Assembly (NCBI GenBank): GCA_035653275.1
Contig: DASRCE010000002.1
Coordinates: 13,267-77,266, forward strand
From: Gaiellaceae bacterium
GTDB lineage: Bacteria; Actinomycetota; Thermoleophilia; Gaiellales; Gaiellaceae
DNA: 64,000 nucleotides
Reading direction: 5' to 3'
Shown here piece after piece: positions 27,023 to 35,149 of this stretch (positions within the stretch are counted from its first letter, which is position 1; each line of letters opens with the position of its first letter). Below the pieces are notes generated by a model, which was given only the letters and a program-made list of their open reading frames with translations, did no database searches and was not told where the DNA came from. A program made the position numbers and the translations under genes.

Positions 27023-30000
27023 CGCGGAACCCCCGGACGCAGTGCCGCGAGTGCGTTCTCGAGCGTCTCGTACTCCTGCTCGATGCGCGCGACGACGCCC
27101 GCCGCTCCGTCGAGGCGGCCCTCCCTGGCGCGCTGCTCGAGCTCGCGGCACAGCTCGGTGAACTCGCCCGCCCCGAGCGTGGCGCCGTTCGACTTCAGCG
27201 TGTGCGCCGCGCGCCGGAGCTCGTCGGTGCCGTGGTCGTCGAGCGAGCGTCTGAGCGTCGCGAGCAAGTTCGGCGCGTCCGCCAGGAACGCGTCGATCAC
27301 CTCGGTCAGGAACTCGTCGCCGCCGAGGTCTCGGAGTGTGGAGAGGGCGCCTTCGTCGAGACGGCCGTCGGCGGGCGCTCCCGTGACCGGTCTCGCCCGG
27401 TCCAGCGCCTCGGCCAGCTCGTCGGGCCGGATCGGCTTCGCCACGTAGTCGTCCATGCCCGCCGCGAAGCACGCCTCCCGGTCCTCCGGGAGCGCGTTCG
27501 CCGTCATCGCGATGATGCGCGGCCGGGTCTCGGGCGGCCAGCGGTCGCAGATCCGGCGGGACGCGTCGAGCCCGTCGAGCTCCGGCATCTGCACGTCCAT
27601 CAGCACCACGTCGTAGCGCTGCCGCTCGAGCGCCTCGAGCGCCTCGACCCCGTTCCAGGCGACGTCGGCGCGATACCCGAGGCGATCGAGGAGCCGGAGC
27701 GCGACCTTCTGGTTCACCGCGTTGTCCTCGGCGAGCAGGATGCGCAGCGGCGACGCCGCCGGCTTGGCTTCCGCGACGGGCTCGCCGGGCTCCGGCTCCG
27801 GCAGGTGCTCCGCGAGCGCCTTCACGAGCGCGTTGTAGAGCTGCGAGGCCCTGACGGGCTTCGCGAGCTGCACCTCGAACGCCCCCGACGACTGGGCCTG
27901 CGGCAGCCGCCCGAGCGAGGTCAGGAGGACGAGCGGGAGCTCGCGCGCGTCGCGGTGCTTCCGGATCGCGTGCGCGAGGGTGAGCCCGTCCATCTCCGGC
28001 ATCATCATGTCGAGCACCGCGACGTCGAACTTCTCGCCCCGCTCGATCGACGCCAGCGCCTCGACGGGCGACGCGATCGCCACCGGCTCCATGCGCCAGG
28101 CGCGCGCGTGCCGCGTGACGATCTCGCGATTCGTCGCGTTGTCGTCCACGACGAGCACCCGCTTGCCTTCGAGCTGGGGCGCGTCGCCTTCCTCGATCCG
28201 GGCCGGCACCTTCGCCTCCTTCGCCGTCAGCTCGATGTGGAACGTCGAGCCCTCGCCTTCCGTGCTCTCGACCCACATCGCGCCGCCCATCAGCTCGACG
28301 AGCCGCTTCGAGATGGCGAGCCCGAGCCCGGTGCCGCCGTACCGGCGCGTCGTGGACGTGTCGACCTGGCTGAAGGACGTGAACAGCCGGCCCATCCGGT
28401 CCTCCGGGATCCCGATGCCGGTGTCGCGGACGGCGACGTGCAGCCGGCAGGCGTTCTTCTGCGCCGGCTCGGCGTCGACGGTGACGACGACCTCGCCCTG
28501 CTCGGTGAACTTGACGGCGTTCGAGAGCAGGTTGAGCAGGACCTGCCGCAGGCGCGCTGCGTCGCCGACGATTCCCGCCGGCGCGCCCTCGTCGACGAGC
28601 AGCCCCAGCTCGATCTCCTTCTCCCATGCGCGCGGCGCGACGATCTCCAGCGCTCCCTCGATGCACTCGCGGATGTCGACGGGCTCCTTCTCCAGCTCGA
28701 GCTTGCCGGCCTCGATCTTGGAGTAGTCGAGGATGTCGTCGATCACGTGCAGGAGCGCGTCGCCGCTCGACCGGACGACCTCGGCGAACTCGCGCTGCTC
28801 GGGCGTCAGGTCGGTGTCGAGCAGGAGGCCGGTCATCCCGATGACGGCGTTCATCGGCGTCCGGATCTCGTGGCTCATGGTGGCGAGGAACGCGCTCTTC
28901 GCCTGCGTCGCCGCCTCCGCCTCCTCGCGTGCGCGCTGCAGCTCGGTGATGTCGTGGTAGATCGCGTAGAAGCCGACGTGCTCGCCGTCGAAGTGGAGCG
29001 GAACGAGCATCAGCTCGACGTCGACGAGCGTGCCGTCCTTGCGCTCGCGCTGCGCGATGCGCTGCGCGCGCCCGTACTCGAGCGCCTCGCGCGTGAGCTC
29101 GCGGCCTTCCTCCCGATGCCCCTGGTGGAAGACGAGGTCGTCGATCGTGTGGCCCAGCGCCTCGTCCGCCGAGTACCCGAAGAGCTCGGCGGCCGCGGGG
29201 TTCCACCCCGTGACGCGCTCGTCCGCGTCCATCACGACGACCGCGACGGGGCTGACGCCGACGAGCGACTCGAAGAACTGCTTCTGGCGGCGGATCTCGG
29301 CGTGCGTGCGCGCGTTCTGGATCGCGACGCCGACGTTCGCCGCGATCGTCGCGAGCAAGCCGGTCTCCGCCTCGCCGAAGCGACCCTCCTCGTGGATGCT
29401 CTGCACGCTGATCACCCCGATCGCGAGCTCGCCGACGAGGATCGGGACGCCCAGGTACGAGCGCGACGGCGTCCCGACGCCTGCCCGCCCCTCGTACTGC
29501 TCCGCCCGGTTGAGCAGGAGCGGCTCGCGCGACTCGAGAATCTGCGAGGTGAGGCCCTCGCCGTACCGGAGCGGAGGCTCCTGCCGGCGCTCTCCGGCCT
29601 CGTGGTAGTAGACGAAGTCGATGCGCCCAGCCGCCGCGTCGTGCAGCGCGACGTATGCGATGTCGGCGCCGAACGTCTCGCGCACCCGCTCGCCGACCAG
29701 CTCGATCAGCGCGTCGAGCTCGAGCTGCGAGGCGAGCGCCTGCCCGACGCGGTTGACCGTCGCGAGCTCGGCTACGCGCTGCCGCGTCTCGTGGACGAGT
29801 CGCGCGTTGTCGAGCGCGACGCTGAGGCTGCCCGCGAGCGTGGTCAGCAGCCGTTCGTCCGCCTGCGTGAAGGCGTGAGTCCTGTCGACGTTCTGGAGCG
29901 ACACGACTCCGGTCGCGCGCCCTCCGACGAGGAGGGGGACGAAGAGGGCCGACTTGATCGGCTCACCGCTCAGCACGTACGGGTTGCCGTAGCGCTCCGC

Positions 30001-32352
30001 GACCTCCGGCACCGAGTCCTCGATCATCAGCGGCTCCCGCGTCTCCATCACGTGCTTCCGGAAGCCGATCAGCGGAATCGGGGCCTCCTCCAGCCGCTCG
30101 CCGCGCTCGATCACGTACGGGAACGTGAGGACCTCGGCCTGCTCGTCGTAGACGGAGATGCTCACGACCTGCGCGTCGAAGACCTCCTGCAGCTTGTCGC
30201 CGACGAGGTCGTAGATCGCCTGCGGGTCGAGCTCGCCGGCGATCGCGGCCTGGACGCTGTTGATGAGCGCGAGCTCGGCGTTCCGCTGGCGCGTCTCGTG
30301 CACCAGCCGCGCGTTCTCGAGCGCGACGCTGAGGCTGCCGGCGAGCGTGGTCAGCAGGCGCTGGTCAGCGTCGCTGAAGGCGTGCGTCCTGTCGAGGTTC
30401 TGGAGCGAGATCACGCCCGTCGCGCGGCCGCTGACGATGAGCGGGACGAAGAGATCCGACTTCGCCGGCTCGCCCGTCAGCACATACGGGTTGCCGTAGC
30501 GCTCCGACTCCTCGGGTGTGACCTCCGGGACCATCAGCGGCTCCCTCGTCTCCATGACGTGCTTGCGGAAGCCGATCAGCGGGATCGGCTCGTCGGGGAA
30601 CCGGATGCCGCGCTCGATCGCGTACGGGAAGTGGATCAGGCCCGACGGCTCGTCGTAGATGCCGATGTCCACCACCTGCGCGTCGAAGACCTCCTGGATC
30701 CGGTCGCCGACGAGGTCGTAGATCGCCTGCGCGTCGAGCTCTCCCGCGATCGCGGCCTGGACGCTGTTGATCAGCGCCAGCTCGGCGTTCCGCTGCTGCG
30801 TCTCCTGCACGAGGCGGGCGTTCTCGAGCGCCGCGCTGATGCCGCCGGCGAGCGTCATGAGCAGGCGCTGGTCGGAGTCGCTGAACGCGTGCTCTCGGTC
30901 GACGTTCTGCAGCGAGATCACGCCCGACGGACGGCCGCCGGTGAAGAGCGGGACGAACAGAACGGATTTCGGCACCTCGCCGACGAGCGACATCGGGTTC
31001 CCGTACCGCTCCGCCGCCTCGGTGACGTTCTCGTTGACGAGCAGCGGCTGCCCCGTCTCGAGCACGTGCTTGCGGAACCCGACCACCGGCATCGGCTCGA
31101 CGGCGAAGCGCTCGCCACGCTCCACCAGGTACGGGAAGCTGAGGAGGCCGCTCGCCTCGTCGTAGGCCGAGATGCTGACCGCCTGCGCGTCGTAGACCTC
31201 GGCGACCTTCTCGCCGACGATCTCGTAGATGGCCTGCGGGTCGAGCTGTCCGGCAACCGCGGACTGGACGGTGTTGATGAGCGCGAGCTCGGCGTTCCGC
31301 TGCCGCGTCTCGTGGACGAGTCGCGCGTTCTCGAGCGCGACGCTGAGGCTCTGCGCGAGTGTCTCGAGCAGCTGCTGGTCGGACGCCGCGAACGCGTGCT
31401 CGCGGTCGATGTTCTGCAGCGAGATCACGCCGGTCGCCTTGCCGCCGGCGACGAGCGGCACGTACAGGACCGACTTCGGCATCTCGCCCTGCAACACCGG
31501 GTTGCCGTACCTCTCCGCTGCGCCTGCGACGTCCTCGTCGAGCAGGAGCGTCTCGCGCGTCTCGATCACGTGCCGCCGGAACCCGATCAGCTCGATCGGC
31601 TCGTCGGGGAAGCGGACGCCGCGCTCGATCGTGTACGGGAAGTGCAGGAGCGCGGTCGCCTCGTCGTAGATGCCGATGTCGACGACCTGCGCGTCGAAGA
31701 CCTCCTGGAGCTTGTCCCCGACGACGTCGTAGATCGCCTGCAGCTCGAGCTCGCCGGCGAGCGCCTCCTGCACGCTGTTGATGAGCGCGAGCTCTGCGTT
31801 GCGCTGCCGCGTCTCCTCGATGGCGCGCGCGCGCGAGAGGGCTGCGCCGACGTGCTGCCCCACGAACGCGAGGAGCTCCTTGTCCTGCTCCGTGTACTGG
31901 ACGTCCTTCGTGTACGACTGCACGACGAGGACGCCGACGGTCCGCCCCTCGGCCTTGAGCGGCACGCCGAGCCATGTCGCCTCGGCGCTCGTCACGCCGA
32001 GGAGCGCGACCTCGCCCGCGTCGATCAGCTCGAAGATCCGAGCCGACGTGAGGAGCTGCGGCTCGCCGGTGCGGAGGACATACGCGGTCGTGCCGCGCGC
32101 TTCCCCGGTGCCGAGCGCGTCCCAGCGGTTCGGGGCCGGAGGGTCCAAGTCCGACTCGTCGACGTAGTACGGGTAGCTGATGAGCTGCCGCTCCTCGTCG
32201 TAGAGCGCGATGTAGAAGTTCTCGGCGTACATCAGCTCGCCCACGACGGAGTGGACCGCCCGGTAGAACTCCTGCATGTTCTGCGCGGCGCTCGCCAGCT
32301 CCGCGATCCGGAAGAGGGCGCGCTGAACCTGCTCGGACGATGGGGCCGGCAT
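27019..32352 (-). CDS. Hybrid sensor histidine kinase: 6 GAF, PAS, HisKA, HATPase, 2 REC, Hpt (1777 aa)
   Basis: H-box SHEIRTPMNAV, N/G boxes NAVKFT and DTGIGI..GGTGLGLAI, two receivers with DD/D/T/K, and Hpt HTLKSNGATLG. Confidence 0.92.
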   Translation of the reverse strand: MPAPSSEQVQRALFRIAELASAAQNMQEFYRAVHSVVGELMYAENFYIALYDEERQLISYPYYVDESDLDPPAPNRWDALGTGEARGTTAYVLRTGEPQLLTSARIFELIDAGEVALLGVTSAEATWLGVPLKAEGRTVGVLVVQSYTKDVQYTEQDKELLAFVGQHVGAALSRARAIEETRQRNAELALINSVQEALAGELELQAIYDVVGDKLQEVFDAQVVDIGIYDEATALLHFPYTIERGVRFPDEPIELIGFRRHVIETRETLLLDEDVAGAAERYGNPVLQGEMPKSVLYVPLVAGGKATGVISLQNIDREHAFAASDQQLLETLAQSLSVALENARLVHETRQRNAELALINTVQSAVAGQLDPQAIYEIVGEKVAEVYDAQAVSISAYDEASGLLSFPYLVERGERFAVEPMPVVGFRKHVLETGQPLLVNENVTEAAERYGNPMSLVGEVPKSVLFVPLFTGGRPSGVISLQNVDREHAFSDSDQRLLMTLAGGISAALENARLVQETQQRNAELALINSVQAAIAGELDAQAIYDLVGDRIQEVFDAQVVDIGIYDEPSGLIHFPYAIERGIRFPDEPIPLIGFRKHVMETREPLMVPEVTPEESERYGNPYVLTGEPAKSDLFVPLIVSGRATGVISLQNLDRTHAFSDADQRLLTTLAGSLSVALENARLVHETRQRNAELALINSVQAAIAGELDPQAIYDLVGDKLQEVFDAQVVSISVYDEQAEVLTFPYVIERGERLEEAPIPLIGFRKHVMETREPLMIEDSVPEVAERYGNPYVLSGEPIKSALFVPLLVGGRATGVVSLQNVDRTHAFTQADERLLTTLAGSLSVALDNARLVHETRQRVAELATVNRVGQALASQLELDALIELVGERVRETFGADIAYVALHDAAAGRIDFVYYHEAGERRQEPPLRYGEGLTSQILESREPLLLNRAEQYEGRAGVGTPSRSYLGVPILVGELAIGVISVQSIHEEGRFGEAETGLLATIAANVGVAIQNARTHAEIRRQKQFFESLVGVSPVAVVVMDADERVTGWNPAAAELFGYSADEALGHTIDDLVFHQGHREEGRELTREALEYGRAQRIAQRERKDGTLVDVELMLVPLHFDGEHVGFYAIYHDITELQRAREEAEAATQAKSAFLATMSHEIRTPMNAVIGMTGLLLDTDLTPEQREFAEVVRSSGDALLHVIDDILDYSKIEAGKLELEKEPVDIRECIEGALEIVAPRAWEKEIELGLLVDEGAPAGIVGDAARLRQVLLNLLSNAVKFTEQGEVVVTVDAEPAQKNACRLHVAVRDTGIGIPEDRMGRLFTSFSQVDTSTTRRYGGTGLGLAISKRLVELMGGAMWVESTEGEGSTFHIELTAKEAKVPARIEEGDAPQLEGKRVLVVDDNATNREIVTRHARAWRMEPVAIASPVEALASIERGEKFDVAVLDMMMPEMDGLTLAHAIRKHRDARELPLVLLTSLGRLPQAQSSGAFEVQLAKPVRASQLYNALVKALAEHLPEPEPGEPVAEAKPAASPLRILLAEDNAVNQKVALRLLDRLGYRADVAWNGVEALEALERQRYDVVLMDVQMPELDGLDASRRICDRWPPETRPRIIAMTANALPEDREACFAAGMDDYVAKPIRPDELAEALDRARPVTGAPADGRLDEGALSTLRDLGGDEFLTEVIDAFLADAPNLLATLRRSLDDHGTDELRRAAHTLKSNGATLGAGEFTELCRELEQRAREGRLDGAAGVVARIEQEYETLENALAALRPGVPR
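29785..31812. repeat. Four tandem ~507-bp (169-codon) in-frame repeats encoding paralogous GAF modules
   Basis: The DNA block encoding LSVALENARLVHETRQRNAELALIN recurs near 29790, 30296, 30802 and 31308. Confidence 0.8.
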
Positions 32353-32395
32353 CGCCGCTCCAGTATCCGTGGCTGCGGCCCGAAGGTCTAGATCA

Positions 32396-32425
32396 GGTAC
32401 CAGGTACCGGTGGGTACCTGGTACC
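32396..32425. repeat. Perfect 13-bp inverted repeat GGTACCAGGTACC-ggtg-GGTACCTGGTACC (four GGTACC cores)
   Basis: Read directly from the sequence. It lies between the stop of the membrane-protein gene (32431) and the kinase start (32352). Confidence 0.6.
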
Positions 32426-32430
32426 GGGCT

Positions 32431-33018
32431 CTACGCGAACGGCTTGGTGACCATGTCGAGCACGACGAGCATCAGGACGGCGACGTCGAAGCGCGCGATC
32501 AGCATGATGCGGTCGATCAGCGCCAGCGTCTCCGGATGCGTCGGCCCCTTCTCGGCCGCCGCGGCGTCGATCTTCTTCGCCATCGGCGAGAGGAGGGCCA
32601 CGCCGACGACGAACGTCGTGGCGTAGCCGACGAGGCCCGCCACGATCCAGAAGTGCCCCCACCCGAGGTCGGTGTTGATCATCATCGCGATCCCCATCAG
32701 GAACGTGACGAGCCCGACGGGTGCGAACACCTTCTCGCCCATGAAGGCCGCCTGCTTGGCGACGGTGACGATCCCTTCCGGATCGCGCGCGTTCTGCGCC
32801 CGGATCGCGTGGATCATGATCGACACGCCGCCGCCGACCCAGATCACGGCGAACAGGACGTGGACGGCTTTGAAGAGCGAGTACCAGTTGTTCGGCAGGA
32901 AGGTCGAGCTCGAGAACGCGAAGATCAGGCCGACGATTACGACGCCGGCGAGGATTGCGTACGTGAGCGTGTTCGAACGGCGCGCGTCGGCGACGGCACC
33001 GGTGGCAGGTGTGTCCAT
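32431..33018 (-). CDS. Integral membrane protein, four predicted TM helices (DUF2269-like, tentative)
   Basis: Start taken at MDTPATG (33018). Hydrophobic segments with a conserved-looking FKAVHVLFAVIWVGG. Confidence 0.7.
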   Translation of the reverse strand: MDTPATGAVADARRSNTLTYAILAGVVIVGLIFAFSSSTFLPNNWYSLFKAVHVLFAVIWVGGGVSIMIHAIRAQNARDPEGIVTVAKQAAFMGEKVFAPVGLVTFLMGIAMMINTDLGWGHFWIVAGLVGYATTFVVGVALLSPMAKKIDAAAAEKGPTHPETLALIDRIMLIARFDVAVLMLVVLDMVTKPFA

Positions 33019-33035
33019 GACCTGATCGAAACAGG

Positions 33036-33506
33036 TCAGGGCGTTGCTTTCAAGGCACGCGCTGCGGCGAGCCACTCGTCCACGTCCGGCACCTCACCCG
33101 ACTCGTACGCCCAGGCGTTCCGGATCGTCCCGTCCTCGCCGACGAGGAAGGCGGCTCGCCTCGCGACGTCGCGGAGGCCCCGGTGCTCGAATGCGATCTG
33201 GAAGCCGTGAACGGCCTCCGCGTTGAAGTCGGACAGCAGGCCGAAGTTCAGATCGAGCGCCTGCGTCCACGCGACGTGCGTCCACGGGGAGTCGCGCGAG
33301 ATGCCGACCGGCTGCACCCCGGCCTCGTCGAACTCGGCTCTCCTGTCACGCAGGAGCTCCATCTCGTTCGTTCAGGTCGAGGACCAGTCGAAGAGGTAGA
33401 AAACGAGCAGCTTCGGCCCGTCCTCGAGCAGCTCGGCGAACGTGACGGCCTCGTTCGGACCGAGGAAGACCGTCGCCTCGGGGACGCGTGCGCCTGCTTC
33501 GAGCAC
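33036..33506 (-). CDS. Peroxiredoxin (Bcp/AhpC-TSA family) with an in-frame TGA at the peroxidatic-Cys position; candidate selenoprotein
   Basis: GTG at 33506, 44 sense codons, TGA at 33374..33372, then the 108-aa ORF from the track in the same frame. The motif FYLFDWSST[TGA]TNE aligns with the family motif D-x-T/S-x-x-C-T-x-E. Total of 156 codons is typical Prx size. Confidence 0.65.
33329..33371 (-). promoter_or_regulatory. SECIS-like hairpin immediately 3' of the in-frame UGA
   Basis: In the mRNA, UGA is followed by 11 nt and then GGAGCUCCUG-CGUGA-CAGGAGAGCC. This gives a 6-bp apical stem, a 2x2 internal loop, 2 further bp, and GU in the loop. An optional outer helix is CGAAC/GUUCG. Confidence 0.5.
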
Positions 33507-33515
33507 GGCTCGACT

Positions 33516-34601
33516 CTAACCCGGGCAGCACCACCGGCCGCCGATCTCGGCAGAGCCGGCGAACTGCGAGCGGATGTTGGCGACCGCGTGCGCGGCCGAG
33601 CCGTGGAGGAACACCCACTGGTCGGCCGCCGGCCACTCGACGACCAGCCACCGCCCGTCGGGCGACCACGCGACGTCGCCGAAGCTGCCCGGGCCGGCGA
33701 GCACCAGGCGGCCGTGGCCCGGGCGGTCGACGTCGACGACGTACACCTCGCTGCGCCCGCCGCTCCGCACCCGCACGGCGAGCCGGTGCGAGCGCGGCGC
33801 GAAAGAGCCGGGCAGGAACCGCGCGCCGAGCATCGAGATCGTCCGCCGCTCCCGCCCGTTCCCGTCGAGGACGACGATGGCGCCGCGCGAGACGACGGCG
33901 AGGTACCGGCCGTCGCCCGACCACTCGAGCGCGGTCGGAGCGACCCAGACGCGGCGGCGCCAGACGAGCGGGCCGTCGTCGTGGCGGAGCACGACCGCGC
34001 CGTCCGCCACGTAGGCGAGCGTGTGCAGGCGCGCGGGATCCCAGGCCGCCGGCACGGCGCCGCCGCGGCGGTCGAGCAGGTGGTCGCCCGTGCCGTCGCC
34101 CCCCACCACGCGCAGCCCGCCGGGCGTGTCATAGGCGATCCGCGTGTCCGTCAGCGTCCCCTCCCAGCGCGGCGCGCGCGGGTGGCGGCGGGCGAGCGAC
34201 CAGCGGAGCTGCCCCGTCGGCGTCAGCGCGGCCAGCTCGGTCGGCGTGGTGGCGACGACGTAGAGGCCGTGCGGCGACCACTGGGCGTCGGAGTAGTCCC
34301 CGAGGTTGCGCTTGAGCCCGTTCGGCTGGACGACGAAGACGCGGCCATCCGAGACGACGAGGAGCCGGCCGCTGCCCGGCAGCGAGAACAGAGCCGGCGC
34401 CGCGTGCTCGACGCCGACCGCCTCGCGCACCTGCCGGAACACGGCGCGGCCGGAAGGGGAGAGCGCCGCTCCGACCAGGACGGCCGCGGCCGCGACCGCT
34501 GCGGCCGGCACGAGCCGCGACCGCGCCCGGCGAGGGGCGGTCGGCGGCCGCTCCTCGTACGCGCGGCGCACGACCTCCCAGGCGCGATCCTCGGGAGTCA
34601 C
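33516..34601 (-). CDS. Single-pass membrane protein with extracytoplasmic beta-propeller-like domain; anti-sigma candidate by position
   Basis: GTGA overlap with the ECF sigma stop, TM segment LVPAAAVAAAAVLVGAAL, and repeated WSPDG/DGRYL-type motifs. No ZAS motif. Confidence 0.7.
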   Translation of the reverse strand: MTPEDRAWEVVRRAYEERPPTAPRRARSRLVPAAAVAAAAVLVGAALSPSGRAVFRQVREAVGVEHAAPALFSLPGSGRLLVVSDGRVFVVQPNGLKRNLGDYSDAQWSPHGLYVVATTPTELAALTPTGQLRWSLARRHPRAPRWEGTLTDTRIAYDTPGGLRVVGGDGTGDHLLDRRGGAVPAAWDPARLHTLAYVADGAVVLRHDDGPLVWRRRVWVAPTALEWSGDGRYLAVVSRGAIVVLDGNGRERRTISMLGARFLPGSFAPRSHRLAVRVRSGGRSEVYVVDVDRPGHGRLVLAGPGSFGDVAWSPDGRWLVVEWPAADQWVFLHGSAAHAVANIRSQFAGSAEIGGRWCCPG

Positions 34602-35095
34602 GACACCGTCCCCTTCATCCGGTCGAGGCCGCGACGGAGGCGCGAGTTGACGGTCCCGCGCGGCAGCCCGAGGAGCTCCGCGATCTCGCCGGGCGTGTAC
34701 TCGAGCACGTAGCGGAGGACGATCACCGCCCGGTGCTCCGCCGGCAGGTCCGCGATCCGCGCGAACGCTTCCCCGTCGGGCTCGGGGACGGCCGGCGCGG
34801 GCAGGTGCTCTCCCAGCTCGACCTCGGCGCGGAGGCGGCGCGCGCGCGTCCAGTCGATCGCGCGGTTGACGACGATGCGGTGGAGCCACGGCCCGAACGG
34901 CCGGCGGCGGTCGAAGCGGTCGAGGTTGCGGACTGCGGCGAGGAACGCCTCCTGCGCGATGTCCTCGGCGGCCGCGGCGTCGCCGGTGACGAGCCGCGCG
35001 GCGCGGTAGGCCCGGGGCCAGTGCTCGCGGAAGAGCCGCTCGAGGTCCTCGACCGATCCTCTCTGGGCACCGCGGATCCAGGCGCGCTCCGCCAC
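34598..35095 (-). CDS. ECF-type RNA polymerase sigma factor
   Basis: Region 2 DIAQEAFLAAVRNLDRFD..FGPWLHRIVVNRAID and region 4 GEIAELLGLPRGTVNSRLRRG. GTG start at 35095. Confidence 0.9.
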   Translation of the reverse strand: MAERAWIRGAQRGSVEDLERLFREHWPRAYRAARLVTGDAAAAEDIAQEAFLAAVRNLDRFDRRRPFGPWLHRIVVNRAIDWTRARRLRAEVELGEHLPAPAVPEPDGEAFARIADLPAEHRAVIVLRYVLEYTPGEIAELLGLPRGTVNSRLRRGLDRMKGTVS

Positions 35096-35149
35096 ACGAG
35101 AGCCGTACGAGCGCGGGACCTCGCGAGGTCCCGCCGCCGTATCGTCGGT

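Noticed and set aside
29785-31812. The regular ~507-bp periodicity as a CRISPR-like or satellite array.
   Set aside because: The period is far too long, there are no short spacers, and the repeats are in frame and encode GAF domains within one continuous ORF.
27202-32391. 1729-aa ORF on the plus strand, antisense to the hybrid kinase. Similar giant antisense ORFs occur at 46017..49373, 19710..23198, 9526..11334, 41092..42540, 53994..56147 and 56093..57775.
   Set aside because: Their Arg/Gly/Pro/Asp-rich, low-complexity translations have no recognisable motifs. They mirror genes with unmistakable domain content on the other strand. Long stop-free shadow frames are expected at about 72% GC.
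33036-33362. The 108-aa ORF from the track taken as a complete gene.
   Set aside because: It starts in the middle of the peroxiredoxin fold, after the catalytic motif. The same frame continues upstream through one TGA to a GTG at 33506, so it is better explained as the 3' part of a TGA-containing Prx.
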